Source: Bryobacterales bacterium
Lineage (GTDB): Bacteria > Acidobacteriota > Terriglobia > Bryobacterales > UBA6623
NCBI GenBank assembly: GCA_963422375.2
Contig: OY729427.2
Location: forward strand, 448,001-512,000
Direction: 5' to 3'
Length of the DNA stretch: 64,000 nt
The stretch's first letter is position 1. Every line of letters starts with the position of its first letter. The position numbers and the translations under genes are program-made. Below the pieces are notes generated by a model that had not been told where the DNA came from, ran no database searches, and saw only the letters and a list, made by a program, of their open reading frames with translations. Below are positions 44,797 through 55,246 of the stretch, in pieces.

Positions 44797-45361
44797 ATGC
44801 TGAACGACCTGCCGAAGGACTGCGATACCGGCACCAAGCGCAACGCCAAGGGCCATACCGTCAGCTGGTGCGGCTACAGGCTGCATGGCTACAAGCTGCA
44901 TGGCTACAAGCTGCATATCGACGCGATCGACGGCGGGATCCCGGTCAGCTGCCTGCTCACCGCGGCTGCGCCGCACGACAGCCAGGCCGCGGTCCCGCTG
45001 GCGACACGGACCGCGGGCCGCGTCGACAACCTGTACGACCTGATGGACAGCGCGTACGACGCGGCCGGCATCCGGGCCTTCAGCGAGCGGCTCGGGCACG
45101 TGCCGCTCATCGCTGTCAACCCGCGCGGCCGTCGCGCAGCTCCTGCGCCTGGCGCTCCGAGAGCCCGGGCCGCCGGGACAGCCGGGAAGAGCGCCCGCCC
45201 GCAGGGCCGGGCCGGGAGAGCTGCGCCTGCACGGGGCCGCTCCTCGCAGGAGCGCCCCGCAGCGGAGCAAGCCCAGCTGAAGGGGGTCTTTTTCGGCGAG
45301 AATAACAGCCCGGAAACTAGTCGTTCGTGGGGCGGTCAGCCTTTTTTCTGAATTTTGCAAA
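44797..45361 (+). mobile_element. Truncated IS5/IS1182-like copy C (3' part, internal deletion, clipped terminal repeat)
   Basis: Starts mid-transposase directly after the end of copy B, lacks the RSTVER region and ends GAATTTTGCAAA at the IS1595 repeat. Confidence 0.85.
44872..44916 (+). repeat. 15-bp tandem triplication GGCTACARGCTGCAT
   Basis: Encodes GYRLH-GYKLH-GYKLH; single unit in copies A and B. Confidence 0.9.
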
Positions 45362-46878
45362 GGGAATTATATATCTGAGTGCCGACAACGCCATATCCGA
45401 CGAGAACTGCTGTGAGCCGGGAGGTGGGTGTCGAGCTGGGGTCATTCGAGTGCGGCCGCGGCAGGCACGGAGGGGTGGGATCGTATCTGAATCGAGCCTG
45501 CCAGCGGATTGGACGAGGAAGGGACTAGAGAGGCCGCCTCGCATGCCCCGGTGGAACCCGGTTGGCGGTGGCAGGGCACCCCTTGCAAGCCGCTTGCAGG
45601 CCCTGCGAGGGGCGAAGACAGCGGATCCCCGGCGCTCGACGGCCTGCATGGACGGTCCGGGCCGGACCGGGGTCGCACCGGGGCATGCCGGATCCGGTGC
45701 GCCCCTCGCACCGAGCGTGCAGCGCACCGAGCGTGAAGAGCGCGCCCGCAGCGGGCTGCCGCGCTCGGCGCGGCGGGCGCCGCTCGGGCCGCGACCGCGG
45801 CCTTGCCGGTCAGCTGCCGGTAGGTCAGCGTCCGGCCGACCAAGCCCCGCGCCATGCGCCGCATCCGTTCCGCCGTGTCGCAGTCGCGGTCGTTGCGCCG
45901 TCCCGCGAACTCCGTGAGGTAGCGGCCGAGATGACGGACGCTCATCCGGTGATAGGTTCCGTACAGGCCGCGCTTGAACAGGGACCGGAACGATTCGATG
46001 CCGTTCGTATGCGCTGCCCCGCGCACGTACTCGCCGCCGGAGCGCCTGACGGCTTCGTGCGGGAACTCCTCCATGCCGGCGCAGGCCGCCGCCTCGTCGG
46101 AGTAGAGCTGCGCCCCCGGCGCGACGCGGGCGCGCACGAAGCCCTGCAGGTCGCCCTTGGCGGTGCCCGCCAGCGGCCGCGCGGCCACTGCGTTCGTGGC
46201 GCGGTCCCGCGCCCCCGCCACGGGGGTCTTGCCGACCGGCCCGCGCCCGGCACGGGCCTTCTTGCTCTCGTGCTGGTTGCGTTCCTTGCCGCCGACGTAG
46301 GTCTCGTCCACTTCCACCGGGCCGGCGAACAGGCCCCGATCCCGCTCCCGGCACGCGCGGATGCGGTGCGCCAGGTGCCAGGCCGACTTCCGGGTGATAC
46401 CCGGGTCGCGGTGCAGCTTCATGCTCGAGACGCCCTTGATGCCGGTGGTCAGCAGGAACAGGGCGACGGCCCGGGTGCGGTAGCCGAGCTCGGTGTCGGC
46501 CGTCACGCTGCCGGTGCGCACCGAAAAGCGCTTGCCGCAGCCGCGGCAACGGTACGGCATCGAAGGGTGGGCCGCGTCGGACTGCACGCTGGAGCCGCGG
46601 CAGCGGGGGCACGCGGGACCGTCCGGCCAGCGCATGGAGGCGAACCACTTTTCCGCGGATTCGTCATCGGGGAACATGGCGATCACTTCGATCAATGTGA
46701 TGCCTTTACGGAACCACTTTCCGGGACCTTATTTCTTCATTTACGGTATCCCCTACTGGAACTATTCTACCAAGAAATACCACAGAATGTCAACGGAAAG
46801 TCGGAAGAAATATGAAATCTTATTATGGCTTGATAATTTGCCGAATCGATTCCCTCGGCACTCAGATATATAATTCCC
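45362..46878 (-). mobile_element. IS1595-family element, copy 2
   Basis: Same 24-bp terminal inverted repeats as copy 1. Confidence 0.93.
45442..46695 (-). pseudogene. IS1595-family transposase with lost stop codon (TGA to CGA read-through)
   Basis: Aligns to 36077-37033; the copy 1 stop position reads CGA here; true start probably near 46740. Confidence 0.8.
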
Positions 46879-46886
46879 TAACCAAG
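46879..46886 (+). repeat. Target site duplication TAACCAAG, right copy
   Basis: Identical 8-mer at 43249-43256. Confidence 0.85.
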
Positions 46887-47578
46887 GCCACTTGGTACAG
46901 CAGCTCGCCGTCGGGGCCGCAGAACAAGCGGCCCACTACTTCGGGGAGCAGCGTATCGGATACGTATCGCCAGTCCAATACCAGAATGACGAATCCTCCC
47001 CACTTCAGCTCGGAGCGCCTGTCGGGCCCGGGGGGCGGTACCCGAATGTCCGGCTCCCGTCGCACGAGCGCGCGAGCGGAGGGGAAGAGCATCCACAGGA
47101 AGACTCGGAGACCTCGCCGCCTCGGCGGCTCGCGGGCAAGGGTGTCGAGATGGTCCCGGATCTCCTCGGTTTCGCCGTTCCACCCCGTCAGCCGCGGTGG
47201 GCTTCCGCCGAGCGGCAACTCCCAGAGCTGGGTCGCCCCAGCCGGTCCGACCGAATAGAAGAGAAGGCGCCGGACCAACCGAGGGAACGGAGTGGTCTGT
47301 GCCCAGTGGGCATACTTCTCTGCGTACCCGCCCCACGCCTCCGGCCCTGCGCCACCCTCCGGCGTCTGGAACCTCGAAAGCAGGGATGTCAGTTCCCGTC
47401 CAAGCACTTGCTCGAGCTGTCGAATTGAATTCGACAGTGCATTCTGCATCATTGCTGCCTGGGCCCGACTCGCCTGGGCGGTCCATGCGCATTGCAGCCG
47501 CCCCAAGATCAGGAGCATGATCACGCAAACGATGATCGCCAGCGCGGCCCAAGTCCTCTGAAGGTCGCCAAGAGGCAC
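46879..47578 (-). pseudogene. Sensor histidine kinase, N-terminal transmembrane/sensor part
   Basis: N-terminal hydrophobic helix; LYQVALV joins in frame to LVTGDGHPF across the duplicated 8-mer. Confidence 0.8.
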
Positions 47579-47843
47579 CGAGTTAAGAGTAATGGGTCAT
47601 CCGCGAAAGCGAGCACACGGGCAGCGAGACGCCAAGCGGGCGCTTGGAATCCACCCGCGCCGGTCCCCCACAGATACGCCTGCCCAAGTGCGTCAGGCAC
47701 CGCGGTGACACCCCGCACCTCCAAGAGATCTCCGCAACCCCGATCGGCTTCGGCGGCGCACCGACGGTGCATCCACCCGGACGGTGCTCGACGCCTAGCC
47801 CGCTCGCGCCGACGCCAAGACTCTATCTGCTAGGGAGAAGCTA

Positions 47844-48098
47844 GTGCCTGTGACAAAACTCGTATCCCCTTGATAACAAGGACGTTAGGTCCAATCTCTC
47901 AAGGCGAAGATTTCACTGGAATGCTACGACTAGTCCGAAATCCTGCCAATTCTGGGTAGAGCGCGGAAATCTTCGCGATTGGCGTCTGAGCAACTTCCGA
48001 CCTTGGGCCCTATATGTTGTATTTGGAGATCCATCCGACATCAGGATGTAGTATGAAATGCTGATCAGGCCAGAATTCAGGGGTTTTGTCACAAGCAC
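47844..48098. mobile_element. 255-bp MITE (non-autonomous IS derivative)
   Basis: 16-bp terminal inverted repeats GTGCYTGTGACAAAAC (one mismatch) flanked by direct repeat AAGCTA at 47838-47843 and 48099-48104; AT-rich interior without a transposase. Confidence 0.85.
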
Positions 48099-48503
48099 AA
48101 GCTACCGGCGCATGACCCTGAGTTTGGGAGCGCGACTCGTGAGCGAGGCCCTCAATCCCGGCGTCCCGCCCGTCCGAGGGCCTCGCCGCTCGTTCGCTTC
48201 GCTCCACCCCGCGACGGACTCTACCTAGGGCCAATCCCGGACGAATCCAATTCAGATTGCACGGAAGGCTCACGCTTTGCACGGCGAGGCTCCCTGCGGG
48301 CAGCCCGCTATCAAACAGCGCTCCATTCTTCGCTCCGTTCTATGCACGTCGCTCCCGACTCCGACACCCTAGCTCCACACGAACCGGCTAGGGCGAGACT
48401 CCCAACCGAGGTCCGTGCCTACATACATTGAATTGGCTCAAGATATCCCAAATCATGTCGACTTCTTCAATGAGCAAAGATCCAGTCGGATGGGCACGGC
48501 ACG

Positions 48504-49465
48504 CTACGGACTCTCGAGACTCCCTTCCCATTCCTTTGGAACGAGGAGTTTCTTGCCGTTGTAATGAATGAGATGACCGGGTTTCTCGCAGATCCACACA
48601 TGAGAATCCCATGCCACATCATTGACATGTCTCCGAAACTCAGCAAAGTCAGGAAACGCACTGACATAGACGCATTTTGTGGAGGATCTCGACAAGAGTA
48701 GGTCCAATTCTACAATTCTCTTCTCTGACATCGGCCCGTGTGATGTAACTGCTTCTACAAGGAATATCCAATTTCTACCTCCGTCGAATAACTGATATCC
48801 GGTAACTTATCATGCTCAGTGATTCTTATGCTTAGAGTGTCGAGTCGATCATTGTCTACCACTAAGCTCTTACTTGCTGTGTCTCCGAGGTAAAGCAATT
48901 CAGACCCCGGCGCAAATTGCGGACCGAATTCTTCAACGACAGCCCTCTGAAGATCATTATGCCTGCCCGGAGAGAGCCGGATCTCCTGATCATCTGGAAG
49001 CCTTACCGGAACAAGATTATGATTCCTTTCCCTGCTATAGACTTCTTGCAAGATCGGCCGAGTGTGACGGAATTGTCGAATCGATTCATCCCATCTATCC
49101 GTTTTATACTTTCTTATCAAGTCCAGTACATCCTTGGTAATTGCGTAATGCGTATGCGGGCTATTGGTCGCCAGATCAGGGCCAAATGGATTGCGATCAC
49201 AAATCCGGCCCTGAACAAACTGGTGAAGCACTTGACGTCGGACTGTTTCACGCGTATTGGGAGCATAATTCTTGTCATAGTGTTGCCTCAAGTAGTCCAT
49301 GATCCCCTTTGTAACTGTGCAGGATCGACGCTCGGAATCGGACCAAGATGACCGCGGTGTTAGCCCGCACAATGCAAGGAGTGTCATACCAGAGATTTCG
49401 TTCTGTTGAGACTTCGGCATGCCCAAGGATCTGAGGATTCCTCGTGCCTCTTCAACTGTCGCCAT
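48504..49465 (-). pseudogene. BsuBI/PstI-family type II restriction endonuclease, frameshifted
   Basis: YAPNTRETVRRQVLHQF, LSPGRHN and HDKLPD, then NWIFLVEAVTSHGP in another frame after about 48790. Confidence 0.88.
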
Positions 49466-51113
49466 GATACGATACCTCCATGTAGTTGGAATACACCAGT
49501 CGTTGTGCTAAGGCATCTAATTCCATCAATGGGTCGGATACATTTTGAATCCGCCTGCCCAAAGCAACAATATCTTCAACTTCAGGTAGGGGCATAAGCC
49601 TCAACTCTGTGGCACTGACTTGCGTGTTTCCGTTGATGGTCCGGAAGTAGATGTCAAGAATCTGACTGTTGTATAGGGCGGCCAAACCCCAAGCTTCGTC
49701 TTCGGTTAGGCTGTCACAGGGTCGATAAATATAGTTTAAATGGTTCTCTAGACCGACCTCCGGAATCTGAAAGTTCGAAGCGATATACGGGGCTGCTGTA
49801 AGGCGTCTTGATTCTTCCTTGGCGCTAAAGCGACGCAACAGCACGTAGTTTCTATTCGGCACAAGGAGCTTTCGCCCTGCCTTGCGGCTGATATATTCAG
49901 CTTTGTACCGGTTAATCGGCCATCTTGCCTGCATGGGGCGCACGTGGTTCATCCATAAGAGCGGCACATGACTCTGAGGCGTCTTGCCGATTCGTGCTAT
50001 AAGATTTGTCGCACGAAAGGGAATTACTGGTCCAGTAGAGATTCTTAGACCTAGGCTTTCTAGAGTGTTGGGCCAGGAATCGACTAGCGCAAGTACTTGA
50101 TCATCTCTATCGGTCAGCGGGAGCCTCAGTACTTTGTTGATTGACCTTGAGTCCAAGGCGGAATCAATTGCGATCTCGCGACTGGTCAAGCGGAAGATAT
50201 CGCTAGAGCCACGACTAGTCGAAACGACCATCTGTCCATTCAACTGATGTGAATTCCATTGGTCACTGCGAGTTCCAGTGAAAATAATATTTTCCTGCAG
50301 GACTGCATCTCTTCCAAACGTATCACGTCTAGACTCAAATACATGCACGGCAGCTGGTTGGACCTTATCAAATAGATACTCGCGGAATTTTTTGAAATAC
50401 GGTCCAGAACAAAAACTGCGAGGAGTAATGAATATCAGATCGCCATTGTCACGCAATAAGGCGACTCCAACGGCCATGAATAGCGAGTAGATGTTTGGCT
50501 GTCCATGCACTACCGAAGAAACGGCTACGGCACGAGGATCCGATTTATTGACCTTGAAATAAGGCGGATTCGAAATGACAGCGTCATGGGATGGCTCCCA
50601 AATCGGTCGTGCATCAATGAAACGATTGTTTTCCAAGATATTCGAGTGAAGCAATATGAAGTCGCCTACCCTCAACTTGAATGTTACTTGTACATCGTGC
50701 AGATGCCTGCTCCACGATGAAAGGTAGTCTAACACTGCGTGAAGTGGCTCCCTCAGGTTGGGGTCGACTTCATACACATCCAAGCTAACTTGAAGCGGAC
50801 TTGATTGATGTCCGAGGAGTGCTTCGACTGCGGCACAGCAGAGTATGCCGCTGCCGGCTGCCGGATCTAGAATTCTTGGGTTCTCTCGGCCTGTCTTGAT
50901 TTGTAATGCCATGAATCGTGCGACGGTGACGGGAGTCAGGTACAGACCGAATTTCCGGCGGCGTGCTTCAGACTTTCCTGCAACGTACCACTCGCCTACT
51001 CTATCGGCATAGACTGTAGGTGATTCCATCGTCTCGGGCACCGGTATTGTGGAACTAGAGCAACGAACAGCGCCGAATTCTTCTTCGACATGGAATGCGT
51101 TCCTAGCGCCCAT
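49452..51113 (-). CDS. N6-adenine DNA methyltransferase (BsuBI/PstI/Eco57I-like)
   Basis: ILDPAAGSG (motif I), ISNPPY (motif IV), RRFSAKEE, ENHLN and GNTQVSATELR; low GC; start uncertain. Confidence 0.92.
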   Translation of the reverse strand: MGARNAFHVEEEFGAVRCSSSTIPVPETMESPTVYADRVGEWYVAGKSEARRRKFGLYLTPVTVARFMALQIKTGRENPRILDPAAGSGILCCAAVEALLGHQSSPLQVSLDVYEVDPNLREPLHAVLDYLSSWSRHLHDVQVTFKLRVGDFILLHSNILENNRFIDARPIWEPSHDAVISNPPYFKVNKSDPRAVAVSSVVHGQPNIYSLFMAVGVALLRDNGDLIFITPRSFCSGPYFKKFREYLFDKVQPAAVHVFESRRDTFGRDAVLQENIIFTGTRSDQWNSHQLNGQMVVSTSRGSSDIFRLTSREIAIDSALDSRSINKVLRLPLTDRDDQVLALVDSWPNTLESLGLRISTGPVIPFRATNLIARIGKTPQSHVPLLWMNHVRPMQARWPINRYKAEYISRKAGRKLLVPNRNYVLLRRFSAKEESRRLTAAPYIASNFQIPEVGLENHLNYIYRPCDSLTEDEAWGLAALYNSQILDIYFRTINGNTQVSATELRLMPLPEVEDIVALGRRIQNVSDPLMELDALAQRLVYSNYMEVSYHGDS

Positions 51114-51766
51114 AATTCCTCCTCAGTACATTAGATGACCTAGCGCTCGGCCTCCATTAAGAAGGCGAAAATCGTGCTTCTGCGACTTCAAGAATGAGGA
51201 AGTCGCTTCGAAACTCTCGTCGTGACGGAGGCGCAGATCCAAGTTGTCACGGGATAGCCGCTTGACTGGACCGGACACCGGGCGGTCGAGGTGCGACGCT
51301 GCACCGATCACAGTGTACCATTCGAGGGCGATGCCGGCGCACCGAGACGCCTAATCCAGTGGGGCCAGGCCGCGTTGACTCGTTGCACCCGCCGCTGACG
51401 CAGTCTGCGCGCCTTTGGCCAGCCCGGAGACCGATGTCGCCGCGGGCAGGAGACTTGCTCGACGCCCACGCATCGCAAGCCCCCTGCGGCAGGAACAAGT
51501 GGCGGCGCAGCCGATCCAGACGCGAGCGACGGGGCCGAGACCGCGCTCGGGGCGGGGGCACGCGTGCCTCGGGACCGCGACTTCCGGCTCTGCATCCCAG
51601 GGTGCGCGGCCGCGAGAGCGAGCAGGCGCCTGGCCAGCCCCGGCCGGGATCGCGATTCCGGCCACGCACGACACGGGGTGACGGTCGCAGCCAAGCGGGA
51701 AGCACAGGCTGCGCCAACCAAATGCCTCCTTGACGAGCGCCGCGCTCGGAGGCTCTACTAGAGCTA

Positions 51767-52999
51767 ATGCAGTCCGTTCCCCGCTCACAGCAGCGGTCCC
51801 TCACCGACCGGCTGATGCACCTAGCCGGCGGCAGCTACACGCCCGAACAGCGTCGGAAGTATTACATCAGCGGTCCCCAGTGGGCCGGCGCCTACGAGGG
51901 GCAGGCGCTCTTCCACGCACCGACTCGCCAGCCGGTCGAATTCGAGGAAGTGATCCGGAATCTCGGCGAGATCGGAATTCCCTGCTGGACCACTCACGAC
52001 AGCGACGTGATTCCCACGGACGCCCTGCTCACGGACCGGCAATGGGAGATCGTCGAGCGCATTAACACCGCACTGGACGCCCACGGCGTCCGCTGCTCCA
52101 TGGTTACCTGCGAGACGTTCTTCCACCCGGTGTTCGCGGCCAGCGCTGCAGCGGAATCTCCCGAAGTCCGGCGCTACGCGTCGCGACGTCTTCGGAACAC
52201 GGTCGATATCGGTCACGAGCTGGGGGCGCACTTCGCCGTCTACTGGCCAGGGACCCTAGGCTACATGGTGCAAGGGGCCATCGACGAGACCGATACCCTC
52301 CGGTGGTTCGCCGAAGGCCTCAACGCCGCCTGCGAGAGGGATATCGAGGTAGCCGCCGGGAAGGGCCGGGATACCCTCAAGCACTGCCTCGAAGCCAAGC
52401 CGTTCGAACCGCAGGCGCAGATCATCCTTCCTACCAGCGACGCCATGCTGGCGTTCATTTCCAGCGGGGTGCTGACCCACCCCGAGATGGTCGGCCTGAA
52501 CCCGGAATACTTGCACGAGTTGATGTGGGGCGGCGCCACCCGCGCCGTGCTGGCCCGCGCGTTGCTATGCGGGAAGCTGTTTCACTTCGACATCAACGAC
52601 GGATACCCGCTCAAGCACGACGTCGACCTAGGCATCGGCGTCGTCAACCCGCTCGACTGGCTCAACGTGCTGGTGCTGCTGAGGTCGCACGGCTACGATG
52701 GCCCGTTCAACCTCGACTTCAAGCCGCCAAGGACCACCTCGAACTACGGCGTCTGGAAAGTCAGCTTCCCGTCTGCCGTGGACCGCTTCATCACCCTGTG
52801 GAACATCGCGGGCGAGGTCATCGAGGATCCCGTCATGAAGGAAGCGACTGCGGCGCTAAGGAGTGGCGGCGGCGGGTCCGACGCCCTAGGCGATATCGTG
52901 GAGGCCAACCGGGAGCTCCTGACGCTCCACGAGCTCATGGCGCACCGGCTGTTTCAGCTCCTGGTCGGACAGCACCGAGGGCGCGTGTTCAGCGCCTAG
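51767..52999 (+). CDS. Xylose isomerase-like TIM-barrel sugar isomerase
   Basis: THDSDVIP, LEAKPFEP, GLNPEYLHE, KLFHFDIND and LDFKP resemble XylA motifs. Confidence 0.8.
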   Translation: MQSVPRSQQRSLTDRLMHLAGGSYTPEQRRKYYISGPQWAGAYEGQALFHAPTRQPVEFEEVIRNLGEIGIPCWTTHDSDVIPTDALLTDRQWEIVERINTALDAHGVRCSMVTCETFFHPVFAASAAAESPEVRRYASRRLRNTVDIGHELGAHFAVYWPGTLGYMVQGAIDETDTLRWFAEGLNAACERDIEVAAGKGRDTLKHCLEAKPFEPQAQIILPTSDAMLAFISSGVLTHPEMVGLNPEYLHELMWGGATRAVLARALLCGKLFHFDINDGYPLKHDVDLGIGVVNPLDWLNVLVLLRSHGYDGPFNLDFKPPRTTSNYGVWKVSFPSAVDRFITLWNIAGEVIEDPVMKEATAALRSGGGGSDALGDIVEANRELLTLHELMAHRLFQLLVGQHRGRVFSA

Positions 53000-53060
53000 C
53001 ACACGCAGGCTCGTCAACCGGGGGACCGGGAGTAAAGCAAGACCCGCGGCGGCCGGGACG

Positions 53061-53137
53061 TGGCGCGCTCGGGAGGATTCGAACCCCCGGCCTTCTGGTC
53101 CGTAGCCAGACGCTCTATCCAGCTGAGCTACGAGCGC
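53061..53137 (-). tRNA. tRNA-Arg(ACG)
   Basis: GCGCTCG/CGAGCGC acceptor stem, TCTGG-CTACGGA-CCAGA anticodon arm, GGTTCGAATCC and CCA. Confidence 0.97.
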
Positions 53138-53150
53138 GCTTCCTTCACCC

Positions 53151-53179
53151 AGAATACACTCGCTGAACGTGCAAGGCAA
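53151..53179 (-). promoter_or_regulatory. Putative sigma70 promoter of tRNA-Arg
   Basis: TTGCCT-17 nt-TATTCT on the minus strand. Confidence 0.55.
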
Positions 53180-53232
53180 CCCGTCGGCTCGCGCCATACA
53201 CGACAGCCGCGGCATGCGCCACACTAGGGGCT

Positions 53233-54420
53233 ATGCGAGAAGCTGTCATCGTCGACTCCCTGAGGACCCCGCTGGCGAAGTCATTTCGGGGCTCGCTAAA
53301 TCTCACCCGCCCGGACGACCAAGTCGCCCACTGCATCCGCGCCCTGCTCGGGAAATTCCCCCAGGTCGACCCGAACGAGATCGGGGATGTCATCCTCGGC
53401 TGCGGCCAGCCGCACGGCGCCTCGGGCCACAACGTCGCGCGCGTGTCCGCCCTGCTGGCGGGCCTGCCCAGTTCCGTGGGCGGCACCACGGTCAACCGGT
53501 TCTGCTCTTCCGGGCTCCAGTCGATCGCCATGGCAGCCCACCAGATCATGGCCGAAGGCGAGGACGTCATGCTGGCCGGCGGCGTGGAGTCCATCACCAT
53601 GATGGTTCCCGACCGGTCGCCCCATCCGACGCTCAAGGAATCGAAGCCGGGCGTCTACATGGTCATGGGGGTCACGGCGGAAGTCGTGGCCAAGCGCTAT
53701 GGCGTGAGCCGCGAGTCGCAGGACGAATACGCGCTCCAGAGCCAGCAGCGCACGGCCAAGGCGCAGCGGGAGGGGTTCTTCGAGGAGGAATTGGCTCCGA
53801 TGCCCGTGACTCGGGGCGTGTTCGACCGCAAGACCAAGTCCATCGTCGGCCAGGAAGACCACCTCCTCGCGGGCGACGAGTGCAACCGCCCCGGCACCAC
53901 GCTGGATGGCCTGGCGGGCCTGCCGCCCTACTTCGACCGCGATTCGGGCCGCGGCTCGGTGACCGCCGGGAACTCGTCGCAGCTCTCCGACGGCGCCTCG
54001 GTCACCCTCCTCATGTCCCGGCAGCGCGCGGACCAGCTCGGCGTCCCCTACAAGCTGGTCTTCCGGGGCTTCGCCACGACGGGCTGCGAGCCGGACGAGA
54101 TGGGCATCGGACCGGTCTTCGCCGTGCCCAAGCTCCTCGAGAAGCACGGCAAGAGCATCGAAGACATCGACGCCTGGGAACTGAACGAGGCCTTCGCCGT
54201 CCAAGTGGTCTACTGCCGGGACCGTCTGGGCCTGCCCGACGACAGGCTGAACGTCAACGGCGGCTCGATCTCCATCGGCCACCCCTTCGGGATGACCGGC
54301 TCGCGCCTAGTCGGCACTCTCGCGAACGAAATGCAGCGCCGCAAGGCCTCCCTTGGCGTCGTCACCATGTGCGTCGGGGGCGGCCAAGGCGCGGCCGGCC
54401 TGTTCGAGGGAGGGTGGTAA
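53233..54420 (+). CDS. Thiolase (acetyl-CoA C-acyltransferase)
   Basis: NRFCSSG, NEAFA, GHPFG and CVGGGQG catalytic motifs. Confidence 0.96.
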   Translation: MREAVIVDSLRTPLAKSFRGSLNLTRPDDQVAHCIRALLGKFPQVDPNEIGDVILGCGQPHGASGHNVARVSALLAGLPSSVGGTTVNRFCSSGLQSIAMAAHQIMAEGEDVMLAGGVESITMMVPDRSPHPTLKESKPGVYMVMGVTAEVVAKRYGVSRESQDEYALQSQQRTAKAQREGFFEEELAPMPVTRGVFDRKTKSIVGQEDHLLAGDECNRPGTTLDGLAGLPPYFDRDSGRGSVTAGNSSQLSDGASVTLLMSRQRADQLGVPYKLVFRGFATTGCEPDEMGIGPVFAVPKLLEKHGKSIEDIDAWELNEAFAVQVVYCRDRLGLPDDRLNVNGGSISIGHPFGMTGSRLVGTLANEMQRRKASLGVVTMCVGGGQGAAGLFEGGW

Positions 54421-54482
54421 GGGCCGCTCGCCCGGCCCGCCGGGCAAGCTAGAAGTCGGCCGGGGCGGCCCGTTCCCCCTGT

Positions 54483-54998
54483 CTAGAGCTTGCTGCAAGC
54501 GCTCGCCGCGCCGGCCGGATCGATGGCGTCCGAGCCGCTCTCCACGTGCGCGATCTTGCCGTCCTTGCCGACTACGAAGGTCGTGCGACTGGCCATCTTG
54601 CGCTCCGCCATCAGCACGTCGTACTTCTTCGCCACGGCGCCGTCCGCGTCGCTGAGAATCGCGAAATCGAGGCTCAGGGACTCGGCGAACTTCGTGTTCG
54701 TGTCGAGGGTGTCAGTGCTCACGCCGTAGACGACCGAGTCGCTGTCGAGGAACTGCTGGATACCAGCCTGGTATCCCTTCATCTCGCGCGTTCAACCGCC
54801 GGTGAAGGCCTTGGGGAAGAACGCCAGCACGACGTTCTTGTTGCCGCGGAACGACGACAGCTGCGCGTCCTTGCCGTCCGACCCCGGCAAGGTGAAGTCA
54901 GGTGCCGCGTCGCCTACCGCAAGGGCCGCGACCGCCCGCCGGGACACCGCCGCGACCGCTCCGGTCAGGAGGACCGCTCGTCTCGAGAGAGTGCTCAT
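54483..54998 (-). CDS. Peroxiredoxin (BCP/AhpC-TSA family), probable selenoprotein
   Basis: ORFs 54792-54998 and 54483-54782 share a frame: [19 protein letters not shown] 54792-54794 occupies the peroxidatic Cys position of PxxxTxxC. Confidence 0.88.
54758..54776 (-). promoter_or_regulatory. Putative bacterial SECIS hairpin
   Basis: GGATACCA-GGC-TGGTATCC perfect stem-loop starting 15 nt after the in-frame TGA, with G in the loop. Confidence 0.75.
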
Positions 54999-55096
54999 GG
55001 AATCGCCTTTCTTGATGCGGGCCGCGTCGATTCGCGTCCCGCCCGAGATTCTAGCAGGTCGGGGGTCACGCCATGCCCGCCGAACGGGTCGCTGCG

Positions 55097-55126
55097 TTGA
55101 CCAAGCCCCTGTCCGCCCTATACAAT
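55097..55126 (+). promoter_or_regulatory. Sigma70-type promoter of the ffh-rpsP operon
   Basis: TTGACC-18 nt-TACAAT. Confidence 0.6.
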
Positions 55127-55246
55127 AGTAGCTAGTGTCCGTCCGGGCGGCGTGGCGCGACGGCCCGCCCCCCTAGTTCCCCGATCGCTCGCGCGGGACC
55201 GCGCCCGGTTCGCCGAATCGCGGGCGGGGCCCTCGGCTCCATCTCG

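Noticed and set aside
41445..53137. tRNA-Arg-anchored genomic island or prophage
   Set aside because: No integrase and no duplicated tRNA 3' end seen; a host-like isomerase gene lies between the R-M locus and the tRNA
55130..55246. Possible SRP (4.5S) RNA upstream of ffh
   Set aside because: The conserved CAGG...GGAA...AGCAG domain IV signature is absent
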